DNA of 20,000 nt from an uncultured virus (IMG/VR IMGVR_UViG_3300005917_000001) (taxonomy: Duplodnaviria > Heunggongvirae > Uroviricota > Caudoviricetes), in IMG/VR virus record IMGVR_UViG_3300005917_000001. One strand, 5' to 3'. A program made the position numbers and the translations under genes. The notes under the pieces were generated by a model. It did no database searches. It was not told where the DNA came from and saw only the letters and a list, made by a program, of their open reading frames with translations. Shown piece after piece: positions 1-6,701 of the stretch; position 1 is the first letter of the stretch, and the number at the start of each line of letters is the position of its first letter.

Positions 1-407
1 GCATTCGCCTTCTCAATAATAGGCGCGGGTTCTTCAAGCCAGATCACCGAGTACTGCGGGCCTTGTAATTTTGACAGGGAGGCCTCGTCATCGATACCGA
101 AGCAGTCCATCTCCACCCTCGGGGTGGAATGGATGATCATCTTTTTGTCGTCGTCGTGAAATGAAACCCGGGACCCGAACATCTCCCTGATGTCGGGCGC
201 CGTGGATATCTTGATATTCTGGTGGGTGTCCCTGACAAGTGCGCCTCTTATAGGCCGCCCGCATCTCGCAGCATGACGGACCAGGGCGATTGCCCCGGCG
301 AATGTCTTACCCTCGCCCATTGGACCCATAAGCATGACCACCTCTGCAGCGGAATGCACAAAGGCGTCCTGGGTCTCGGAGAGTTCCACAAACCAGCCGT
401 CAGCCAT
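1..407 (-). CDS. terL: Terminase large subunit, N-terminal ATPase part (runs off the window edge)
   Basis: Not in the ORF track; translated by hand from ATG at 407: MADGWFVELSETQDAFVHSAAEVVMLMGPMGEGKTFAG...LVRDTHQNIK...KLQGPQYSVIWLEEPAP. Q motif, Walker A GPMGEGKT, Walker B VIWLEE; overlaps the stop of the upstream TerS-like gene. Confidence 0.88.
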   Translation of the reverse strand, partial: MADGWFVELSETQDAFVHSAAEVVMLMGPMGEGKTFAGAIALVRHAARCGRPIRGALVRDTHQNIKISTAPDIREMFGSRVSFHDDDKKMIIHSTPRVEMDCFGIDDEASLSKLQGPQYSVIWLEEPAPIIEKAN

Positions 408-1065
408 CCTTCTTGCTCCCGACGATATAGGGTTTGTATGTTGAATGGTCTTCCTTGTTGTCTTCCGGACGTTTGCCGCCCGTGCGATCCACGATATAGA
501 TCGGGCTCTTTCCCTCATCGTCTAATAATCCGGCCTGTCTCAACTTCAGATCGATGATCTTGATGGCCGTGTTCATAGCCTTGTCCCGCTGTAACTGGAG
601 CCGGTCCTCCCGGGCCATATAGATCAGGCATTCCCGGATGATCTTTCTGACCAGGACATCGATATCCTCGTCTTTGCCCGTAAAATACGTGTCTGAAATT
701 AGCATCCACCGCCACAACTGCACTTTCCCCATGATAGCGACTGCGGCATCGGCCATCCGGTCTACCCGGTCCTTACCCGCCTCCCTGGCCCACTCAAGGC
801 ACTGGCCCTCCATCTCTTCGAGGGCCTTCAGGTCCTCAGGCACCACCCTGTCCACATGGTCGCGGATGGTCTTAAACGCCTCATCCGTGGCCGCATTGCG
901 GACCTTGCCCACATAACGGGCAATGGACGACTCGGACACCTTTGCATCCGGGTTTTCGATCTTGACCTGGGCCGCGATCCGCCGGGCAGAAAGCCCTTCG
1001 GTCACCAGCTCCTGAATCCGCCTGTCAAGCCCCATCTGCTCGATCTTGGTCCGTCTGTTGGCCAT
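400..1065 (-). CDS. Probable terminase small subunit (N-terminal HTH, DUF3486/Mu gp27-like)
   Basis: 221 aa; N-terminus RRTKIE...LSARRIAAQV...VSESSIARY is HTH-like and the rest is helical; directly upstream of and coupled to terL. Confidence 0.65.
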   Translation of the reverse strand: MANRRTKIEQMGLDRRIQELVTEGLSARRIAAQVKIENPDAKVSESSIARYVGKVRNAATDEAFKTIRDHVDRVVPEDLKALEEMEGQCLEWAREAGKDRVDRMADAAVAIMGKVQLWRWMLISDTYFTGKDEDIDVLVRKIIRECLIYMAREDRLQLQRDKAMNTAIKIIDLKLRQAGLLDDEGKSPIYIVDRTGGKRPEDNKEDHSTYKPYIVGSKKDG

Positions 1066-1081
1066 GTCGCCTACGGCTCCG

Positions 1082-1169
1082 GTTATTAGTTATCTGTTAT
1101 TAGTTATTAGTTTTTGCCCTTCATTCATCATTCGATGTTCGATGTTCGATGTTCAATGTTCGATATTCG
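1082..1169. repeat. Heptamer tandem repeats (GTTATTA-type, then TTCGATG x~5.5)
   Basis: gttatta gttatct gttatta gttatta at 1082-1109; ttcgatg x3, ttcaatg, ttcgata, ttcg at 1131-1169. Confidence 0.85.
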
Positions 1170-1202
1170 TCTTCTTAGAGTTCGTCTTTTTAAGCTGCTC
1201 AT

Positions 1203-1249
1203 AAAAAAAGCGGCTGTACGGAGAAGCATGGCCCCATACAGCCGCTTTT
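1203..1249 (-). terminator. Intrinsic terminator-like hairpin upstream of terS
   Basis: 13-bp perfect inverted repeat AAAAGCGGCTGTA (1206-1218) / TACAGCCGCTTTT (1237-1249), ending in U7 on the minus strand. Confidence 0.7.
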
Positions 1250-1307
1250 AATATCGTTATCCGCCCCCGGGTGATCAACCCGGCACGGTATTATTCAATT
1301 AACATTT

Positions 1308-1348
1308 AAACTCAAAACTCAAAACTCAAAACTCAAAACTCAAAACTG
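1308..1348. repeat. Heptamer tandem repeat (AAAACTC) x~6
   Basis: aaactc, aaaactc x4, aaaactg. Confidence 0.92.
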
Positions 1349-1353
1349 TTTTT

Positions 1354-1362
1354 ATTATAGCA
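1354..1362 (-). promoter_or_regulatory. Extended -10 promoter, candidate late promoter
   Basis: TGcTATAAT on the minus strand, facing terS/terL; no consensus -35. Confidence 0.5.
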
Positions 1363-1504
1363 CGGGTTTTTGAAACGATAGGCCTACAGGTGGGCAAAAA
1401 ACCGGCTGGAGGTATTCCCGGCCATTCTCGGGAATTATCGTGGAAGAAAAAAATGTAGATTTTTAAAAAAAAGACTTGACAAGGGTAAAAAAGAGGGAGT
1501 GATG

Positions 1505-1545
1505 CCTGCCCGCCATCGGCTTCGCCTTCAGGCGAGGCGGGCGGG
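1505..1545. repeat. GC-rich REP-like branched palindrome
   Basis: CCTGCCCGCC ... GGCGGGCGGG outer arms with inner TCGCC-ttca-GGCGA hairpin. Confidence 0.5.
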
Positions 1546-1612
1546 ATTGTCGATTATTGATTGATGATTGAAGGGCCAAGGGCGCCAAGTTGCGGGTTAC
1601 GGATTGCGGGTT

Positions 1613-1633
1613 GGTGGATTAGCCTTGTTATAC
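1613..1633 (-). other. Truncated attC (left part only), end of array 1
   Basis: Stop of ORF 1628-1852 lies in GTATAAC, followed by AAGGCTAATCCACC, then heptamer repeats (AACCCGC/AATCCGT, 1589-1612); no matching right arm. Confidence 0.5.
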
Positions 1634-1852
1634 CCTGAGGACGGACGGGGGCATATGAGCGTAGACAATATTCCATGTTGGATGCAATGTGAATATACCT
1701 AAATTTCCAGCAAATCGAACTCGCAAATATTGTCCCCTTGACCCGACAATCCAACCTCTTGATGGCTCAACGTGTTCACATTTCTGAAATGTGATTTCCA
1801 TTCCCCGCTTTGCTGGAACCCCATACGTATCTCTAATATATTTCATGCTCAT
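1628..1852 (-). CDS. Cassette C: small phage-type hypothetical protein
   Basis: 74 aa; YIRDTYGVPAKRG...G.IVGSRGQYLRVRF...HPTWNIVY recalls a recurrent small phage protein; starts 9 nt after an attC, TAA inside the next R'' box. Confidence 0.8.
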   Translation of the reverse strand: MSMKYIRDTYGVPAKRGMEITFQKCEHVEPSRGWIVGSRGQYLRVRFAGNLGIFTLHPTWNIVYAHMPPSVLRV

Positions 1853-1860
1853 CTTTTCAC

Positions 1861-1920
1861 CTATAACGTGGAATTAAGCGGAGCAGTCTTTTTCGCTTCC
1901 GCTTGAATGAGTGGTTATGA
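1861..1920 (-). other. attC-like recombination site (60 bp)
   Basis: Minus strand TCATAAC-CACTCATTCAAGCGGAAGCGAAAAAGACTGCTCCGCTTAATTCCAC-GTTATAG: R''/R' boxes; TCATTCAAGC/GCTTAATTC arms closely resemble short aadA-type attC sites. Confidence 0.88.
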
Positions 1921-2272
1921 GCTTACATACCTGCCGCCCAACAAAATCACTTGAAAAATATCGTATGTATTTTCCTTCTTTTTCAGCGTATTTTATTTCT
2001 TTGGACGTGCTTTCTCCGATATATCCATCCCAATCGACGACAAATATCTCATCGGCAAGATCGATTTTCCTTAAATGCAATTCGTCCATAGCTTCGGCGC
2101 AGCCTTCATGTTCTGCAAGATGATCTGAAGGACAATCTGGATACCATTGAGGCAATAAACTCAACCCCATTGTAATCGCCAACTCATTGCGCTCAATCAG
2201 CCATTCCGCAACTGCCATAATTTCAACAAATTTCGATGATCCGCACATGACTACTATCTTCGGTTTTTCCAT
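1874..2272 (-). CDS. Cassette B: DUF4406/nucleoside deoxyribosyltransferase-like protein
   Basis: Likely start ATG 2272 (MEKPKIVVMCGSSKF; GAGGA just after the attC), 132 aa; motif LHLRKIDLADEIFVV..DGYIGEST..EI.YA...GK. Confidence 0.7.
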   Translation of the reverse strand: MEKPKIVVMCGSSKFVEIMAVAEWLIERNELAITMGLSLLPQWYPDCPSDHLAEHEGCAEAMDELHLRKIDLADEIFVVDWDGYIGESTSKEIKYAEKEGKYIRYFSSDFVGRQVCKLITTHSSGSEKDCSA

Positions 2273-2280
2273 TTCTTTCC

Positions 2281-2343
2281 TCATAACGTGGAAATGAGCA
2301 GACGGCGTGTTTTTAGCCGGTATGCTCGATTTCTTGGTTATCG
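2281..2343 (-). other. attC-like recombination site (63 bp)
   Basis: Minus strand CGATAAC-CAAGAAATCGAGCATACCGGCTAAAAACACGCCGTCTGCTCATTTCCAC-GTTATGA; GAAATCGAGCA/TGCTCATTTC arms with a single extra base. Confidence 0.85.
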
Positions 2344-2588
2344 TCAATGCGCCCATATATGACACTGTGACCCTTTCCAGATAAGGCAATTTGATCAATA
2401 TCTGCATGACTATCAAAATAGTCTGCAACCCATTCAGGTGCGCCACTATCATTGTCTATTGGTTGTGGGCCTTGCGCATGAAACGTTCCTTTTATTTGTA
2501 ATTCACCTATTGCATGGGCACCGAAAACTTTCCGGCCATTACTCCCTTTCATTGCAAAAGTGAAAGATCCTCCATCTACGAATGGCAT
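2313..2588 (-). CDS. Cassette A: hypothetical protein
   Basis: Likely start ATG 2588 (MPFVDGG) after AAGGAGG; 91 aa; stops inside the attC. Confidence 0.75.
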   Translation of the reverse strand: MPFVDGGSFTFAMKGSNGRKVFGAHAIGELQIKGTFHAQGPQPIDNDSGAPEWVADYFDSHADIDQIALSGKGHSVIYGRIDDNQEIEHTG

Positions 2589-2594
2589 AAAAGC

Positions 2595-2663
2595 CTCCTT
2601 TCTAAGACGATAACAAGTGATTATATAGATCCGCATAACTTCGGTTTTTGGAGGTTATGCGGA
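2595..2663 (-). repeat. Array leader copy 1: half-attC-like hairpin plus RBS
   Basis: 32 bp (2609-2640) identical to 7611-7642; stem TCCGCATAAC/GTTATGCGGA; R' GTTATCG at 2614-2608. Confidence 0.85.
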
Positions 2664-2699
2664 AAAGCAAGTTTCGTGCCAGCGATTTTCTCTGCGCCC

Positions 2700-2996
2700 T
2701 CACTCCAACCCCGGAATAATAATCGGCACATCCACGGACGGATAGTCCGGCCGCACCGTAAACGACTTTCCGGTATCCATATCAAGATAATACCGCCCAC
2801 TACCCTGGCGCCGGCTGTTATACAGCTTCCCGGTGTCCATATTCCAGATATTCGCCCCGCCGGAGCCATCCTCGTGGACCTCGTAAGTTCGCATCTGCCC
2901 CGAATCATCCATAATCGTCACCCGGTACCCCCAGGCCGTCACCCAAACTCCCAAAACCAAAACCACCACCGCTAATCCCATTATTACCTTTTTCAT
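2700..2996 (-). CDS. Small exported protein
   Basis: 98 aa; MKK + hydrophobic stretch + AWG signal-peptide-like N-terminus; repeated MDTGK motif; GGAGG RBS; ATGA overlap with the upstream gene. Confidence 0.75.
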   Translation of the reverse strand: MKKVIMGLAVVVLVLGVWVTAWGYRVTIMDDSGQMRTYEVHEDGSGGANIWNMDTGKLYNSRRQGSGRYYLDMDTGKSFTVRPDYPSVDVPIIIPGLE

Positions 2997-3361
2997 ACTG
3001 CACCTCCCGCGTTACGTTGAAAACCTGTCATTTCGTGATACTCTGCCATTAGAGTGTTCATGTTAGAATCAATATCAATGCAATAACCGATGGCCTCAAG
3101 GTTGAAATACATTTCCCCACAATGTTCACACATCCAGTGGGATGCCAATGGAATCTCGCCGTCCTCTCCCCAGATACTATACTCAACCTCATCTCGTGGT
3201 GGCCTCATTCGTGCAAATTCAATACACTCCGACCCGATGTCGATAAGCACCCCACAACTCCCGCAGCGTTTTCGCCTGGAGGTATCCAATTTTTGGAAAT
3301 CATCAGGAGAAAACCAGCAAGGACCGTCTCCCTCCCATTCATTGCACGTACAGGATAACAT
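2993..3361 (-). CDS. Cys-rich, probably Zn-binding phage protein
   Basis: 122 aa; CxC, CGSC and CEHC motifs. Confidence 0.75.
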   Translation of the reverse strand: MLSCTCNEWEGDGPCWFSPDDFQKLDTSRRKRCGSCGVLIDIGSECIEFARMRPPRDEVEYSIWGEDGEIPLASHWMCEHCGEMYFNLEAIGYCIDIDSNMNTLMAEYHEMTGFQRNAGGAV

Positions 3362-3377
3362 AATATCTCACCCCTCC

Positions 3378-3447
3378 CCTGCGTCCTCTGCGCCTCTGTG
3401 TGAGACGTTTTTTAAAAATCTCTCACAGAGATCACAGAGTCACAGAG
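3378..3447. repeat. Inverted 8-9 bp repeat element (CTCTGYG / CACAGAG)
   Basis: cctctgcgcctctgtgtgaga, AT-rich spacer, tctcacagag atcacagag tcacagag. Confidence 0.65.
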
Positions 3448-3471
3448 AAAAAACTAATCAATGTGCGCCGT

Positions 3472-3738
3472 TTACCCCTTCCTGTGCACCTCATACAATT
3501 CCAAGCTCGCCTTTATACTCTCCAGCTCTATGGAGATGGCCCATGCCAGGGCCTCAATACACGAATACAACCCGCCTGTCAGCCGCATATTGTCAATCAG
3601 CCGATCCCCGGGCTCCTCAAAGTCACCTCCGATCTGCAGCGCATGGAGTACCATCCCGAGACCGGTCAACCCCTGGGCCGCCCGGTCGATATGCCCCAAA
3701 TACATATTAACAGCCGGAAAAGATTCAGGTTCCGTCAT
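3472..3738 (-). CDS. Hypothetical protein coupled to the antirepressor gene
   Basis: 88 aa; ATGA overlap with the BRO gene stop. Confidence 0.65.
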   Translation of the reverse strand: MTEPESFPAVNMYLGHIDRAAQGLTGLGMVLHALQIGGDFEEPGDRLIDNMRLTGGLYSCIEALAWAISIELESIKASLELYEVHRKG

Positions 3739-4559
3739 GATGCACCGCCTTCCCAGGCAACCGCATAATACCGCCCGGTCCGATTCAGACAGACCCCGTG
3801 TGCCACACGAATACAGGTGATACCCCCGTTCTCATCAGGTACCGACTGGGATGTAAAAACCATCCGTGCAGCGATTTCCCGCAAGGACCTGTAAAACGTA
3901 TTGCGGCCCAGGGGCACACCCTGCGCATCTTTGCACCACCCCTGATACGCCTCATGAAGTTCCATGGGGCGACACGAGGCATCCGCGTGCATCAAACAGC
4001 AGCTTTCTAAGAAATCCCGAACCGTTTCATCCTTCATCCGGAGGACCCGGGATACAGGCCTGGCTCCGAAACTCGTAGCAGGTCCTTTCCCGGTCAGATA
4101 ATCGCCGTCATAGCCGGGCCTGCCATATACCGCCGTCAACCCCCGCACCGCCGCATTCACCGAGGCCATTGTCTCGTTCAACTGGGATATCGCATCCACA
4201 GCCGCCTGATCCGCCTCCTCATCCGCACCCGGTATGGCATACTGCCCCGTTTTGCGGAGGGAGGGAAGCACATCATGGGTCACCCACCGCCGAAAAGGTT
4301 TAGCCGCCTCCTTGTTCGATCGGACAATCAGGGTGTAAAGACCGGATTCGGAAATGGTCGCCATGTCCTGTGCGCCTCCAAGGGTATCAATATTTTTGAT
4401 ACCCTTTTCATCATCATCCAGCTTTTCAAGTGCCATACTTACATTTTCAAGCTCCAAAATAACACAAACATCCTTTCCAACAAACCAGGGCTCCCCACTT
4501 TCATCTCGGATCACCCGCACATCCTGCTCCTCATACTCAAATGGAATTACATTAGTCAT
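3735..4559 (-). CDS. BRO-N domain antirepressor-like protein with C-terminal D5/P4-primase-type winged helix
   Basis: VRVI...GEPWFVGKDVC.IL...ISESGLYTLIVRSNK..AKPFRRWVTHDVLPSLRKTG.Y is BRO-N; C-terminal V.DFLESCC...ELHEAYQGWC...PLGRNTFYRSL; AAGGAG RBS. Confidence 0.9.
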   Translation of the reverse strand: MTNVIPFEYEEQDVRVIRDESGEPWFVGKDVCVILELENVSMALEKLDDDEKGIKNIDTLGGAQDMATISESGLYTLIVRSNKEAAKPFRRWVTHDVLPSLRKTGQYAIPGADEEADQAAVDAISQLNETMASVNAAVRGLTAVYGRPGYDGDYLTGKGPATSFGARPVSRVLRMKDETVRDFLESCCLMHADASCRPMELHEAYQGWCKDAQGVPLGRNTFYRSLREIAARMVFTSQSVPDENGGITCIRVAHGVCLNRTGRYYAVAWEGGAS

Positions 4560-4600
4560 GATTCATTCTCCTTCCTTTAGAAGTTTGACGTTTAGGGCAC

Positions 4601-4680
4601 AAAAAAAAGCGCCCGAGTGCTGTCATGGCTCTAAAGGAGACCACCCTCGGCGTGTTGCCACGCTTCGGACACTCGGGCGC
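4601..4680 (-). ncRNA. Candidate C4/CI-like antisense RNA in the antirepressor leader
   Basis: 11-bp stem GCGCCCGAGTG/CACTCGGGCGC followed by U8, inner hairpin at 4649-4664, and a segment (4620-4638) complementary to leader boxes at 4752-4768 and 4573-4590. Confidence 0.65.
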
Positions 4681-4773
4681 AAAGAATAAGCCCTAATAAA
4701 AACACCCCCTTCCGCGTCACAAAAATGGCGCGGCAAGGCCGGGGACAGCCTCTTTAGAGTTATGACAGTTATT

Positions 4774-4802
4774 TCCATAACAAATCCTTTATCCCTTGTC
4801 AA
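4774..4802 (-). promoter_or_regulatory. Sigma70-type promoter for the antisense RNA/antirepressor unit
   Basis: TTGACA-17 nt-TATGGA; the -10 is imperfect. Confidence 0.5.
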
Positions 4803-4823
4803 GATGTTTTTTTTATTTTTTAT

Positions 4824-4853
4824 TTGACATTGAAGCACTTTATCTGCTACATT
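4824..4853 (+). promoter_or_regulatory. Divergent sigma70-type promoter for ORF 4886-5164
   Basis: TTGACA-18 nt-TACATT with TG extension; AGGAGG RBS at 4873-4878. Confidence 0.55.
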
Positions 4854-4885
4854 GCAGCATCTGCAATAATACAGGAGGATCATAA

Positions 4886-5164
4886 ATGGTGAATATCTCT
4901 CGTAAGATGAAAGAATGGTATCGCGGAACACCCATCCCATACAGCATCGATAACCTCACGGACCTCCAGAGAGACAAGTTCGGTGAGCCACAAACACCGC
5001 TTCTTCCCGACAGATTCAATCCGCCGGTTATCGCTAAAGTTTTCAATGGCATAGGACGCTTCTGCCGCCGCTACTGGAAATGGATTATTGGAATACTTTT
5101 TCCAGCAACTCTGGCCATGATAGGCCTGCATCTCGCATCTTTAGTATCAACTTTATCCATGTAA
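4886..5164 (+). CDS. Moron-like small membrane protein
   Basis: 92 aa; own promoter and strong RBS; C-terminal hydrophobic segment WKWIIGILFPATLAMIGLHLASLV. Confidence 0.7.
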   Translation: MVNISRKMKEWYRGTPIPYSIDNLTDLQRDKFGEPQTPLLPDRFNPPVIAKVFNGIGRFCRRYWKWIIGILFPATLAMIGLHLASLVSTLSM

Positions 5165-5234
5165 CGGCGGCAAAAGTCATCCCCACGATAAAGGCATACT
5201 TCCAACTGTTCACAAACTTATCGATTTCATTCAT
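5085..5234 (-). CDS. Small single-TM protein (49 aa, not in ORF track)
   Basis: MNEIDKFVNSWKYAFIVGMTFAAVTWIKLILKMRDAGLSWPELLEKVFQ; AAGGA RBS. Confidence 0.45.
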   Translation of the reverse strand: MNEIDKFVNSWKYAFIVGMTFAAVTWIKLILKMRDAGLSWPELLEKVFQ

Positions 5235-5419
5235 GATTATTTCCTTTCATATCCTTCATTTTCTCACCCACCAATAGGTCTATCTCCATCGATACCGCAT
5301 AAATCGCCCTAACCAGGTCCTTATCCCCGCCCTCCTTAACCCGCTCCTCAGCCATCCACACAATCGTATCCGCCATCGTCTACCCCATTTCCATTCGATG
5401 TTGGATGTTCATCTTTCCC

Positions 5420-6235
5420 TCATTCCGGCACCTCATCCCAGACCTTCCCATCCAACGCGGGCATTTTAACCAACTTCCCGTCAACATCCATCTGCTTCAG
5501 GAAGAACGGGACCCGGTGCCCATACGCCTTACACTGCTCCCTTATAAATCGAAACCACTCCCAATCCGTTCGCCTTCGCTTCGGGCCGCTCTCACACCCC
5601 GCTATCACCCAGTCCAATACCGGCGCATCAATCGTGTGAGCGTTGCATGCGTCCCACTCTTCCTTATACCCGCCGAGATAAGACTCCAGATTCACCGGTC
5701 CCAGTAACGGCTCAAGAGACACAAACCGCCGCGCAGCCGGTATCTGCAGTAGTACGGGTATCCGTCGATCTGCCTCCTCCTGATTTTCGGCAGTAACCCC
5801 AACCCAGACGTTTTTCCTTTCATGCCCTTCAGGGTAGCGCGTACCGAGGAAGTCCAACGCCCTCTCCGGCCGCTTCGTCAAAACCAGATATGTGTGGCCG
5901 GGTCTGTCGTTTGCCGGTTGGATATTCCCCTCGGCGTCATAGAATTCACCCATAGCCTGCCACACATTAAGTATCCACGCTTCATCCACCTCGGGGTGAA
6001 AAAGATCCCCCATAGAGCAGACAAACACCCGCCGCGGCTTCTTCCACTTCAACGGTTGGTTTATCCGATCGGGATGGAAAGTCACCTTGAAAGGATCGTC
6101 CGCCGGGTACCCGAACCGCCCCTTCAACCGCTGCGCCATCCGCCGGGCATAACAGTTCCGGCACCCCTCCGACACCGGAGAACACCCGGTAACCGGATTC
6201 CAAACCTCATCCGCCCACTCAATCTTAGTACTCAC
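5420..6235 (-). CDS. Phage Gp37/Gp68 (DUF5131) family protein
   Basis: TKIEW...WNPVTGCSPVSEGCRNCYA, VFVCSMGDLFH, LTKRPER, RFVSLEPLLG, LDWVIAGCESG, FFLKQ; GTG start after AAGGAG. Confidence 0.93.
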   Translation of the reverse strand: MSTKIEWADEVWNPVTGCSPVSEGCRNCYARRMAQRLKGRFGYPADDPFKVTFHPDRINQPLKWKKPRRVFVCSMGDLFHPEVDEAWILNVWQAMGEFYDAEGNIQPANDRPGHTYLVLTKRPERALDFLGTRYPEGHERKNVWVGVTAENQEEADRRIPVLLQIPAARRFVSLEPLLGPVNLESYLGGYKEEWDACNAHTIDAPVLDWVIAGCESGPKRRRTDWEWFRFIREQCKAYGHRVPFFLKQMDVDGKLVKMPALDGKVWDEVPE

Positions 6236-6248
6236 TGTGTTTCTCCTT

Positions 6249-6290
6249 CGCCCAGATCAGCCGCTCGTCCGCTGGAACGGCTTGTTATAT
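6249..6290 (-). other. Degenerate attC ending array 2 (R' lacks TT)
   Basis: ATATAAC-AAGCCGTTCCAGCGGACGAGCGGCTGATCTGGGC-G|AAGGAG; the expected GTT is replaced by the RBS of the next gene. Confidence 0.65.
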
Positions 6291-6620
6291 TTTGCTGCTT
6301 ATCTCTGATAAAATTTCTCGGATGTCGAGTAATATTTGTACTGTTAAATTACTTGAGTGAACACCGCCATCTTGATACGAAGCGTGTAAATCTCGCAATA
6401 TATCTTTTCTATCACGCATTTTATTAGAACTTTTTGTATTATATTTTTCGCGCATTACAGTTAATGGGTTTTTGGGTCGTTTTGTATAACAGTGCGACAT
6501 ATCACTTCCAGCACCATCTTCTCCATCATTTTCTAAATTATATCCGTGCTTAGTCTTAGAAGATCCGCCTCTGGCTGGGTCTCTGTCACAACCCCTGCTT
6601 GTTCTATGTTCTCTTGTCAT
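6285..6620 (-). CDS. Cassette G: hypothetical protein
   Basis: 111 aa; AAGGAG RBS after the attC; TAA inside ATATAAC. Confidence 0.6.
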   Translation of the reverse strand: MTREHRTSRGCDRDPARGGSSKTKHGYNLENDGEDGAGSDMSHCYTKRPKNPLTVMREKYNTKSSNKMRDRKDILRDLHASYQDGGVHSSNLTVQILLDIREILSEISSKI

Positions 6621-6641
6621 TTTGCTCTCCTTTCTTTTAAA

Positions 6642-6701
6642 ATCTAACGTGCAGGTCAGCCGTGGAACGAAGTGGAATCGGCTGAATCAGCCTCGTTATA
6701 C
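6642..6701 (-). other. attC-like recombination site (60 bp)
   Basis: GTATAAC-GAGGCTGATTCAGCCGATTCCACTTCGTTCCACGGCTGACCTGCAC-GTTAGAT; TCAGCCG/CGGCTGA stem. Confidence 0.8.

Noticed and set aside
400..1065. Classifying the phage as Mu-like (transposable) from the TerS resemblance
   Set aside because: No transposase or MuB-like gene in the early region; replication genes are primase/helicase type.
1476..1481. Plus-strand TTGACA as a promoter
   Set aside because: No -10 element at 16-18 nt and no plus-strand gene downstream.
2273..2452. N-terminal extension of ORF 1874-2452
   Set aside because: Overlaps cassette A and crosses an attC; an RBS supports ATG 2272.
4623..4940. 105-aa minus-strand ORF across the antirepressor leader
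   Set aside because: Spans two promoters and the structured RNA; a shorter leader peptide from MEITVITLK cannot be excluded.
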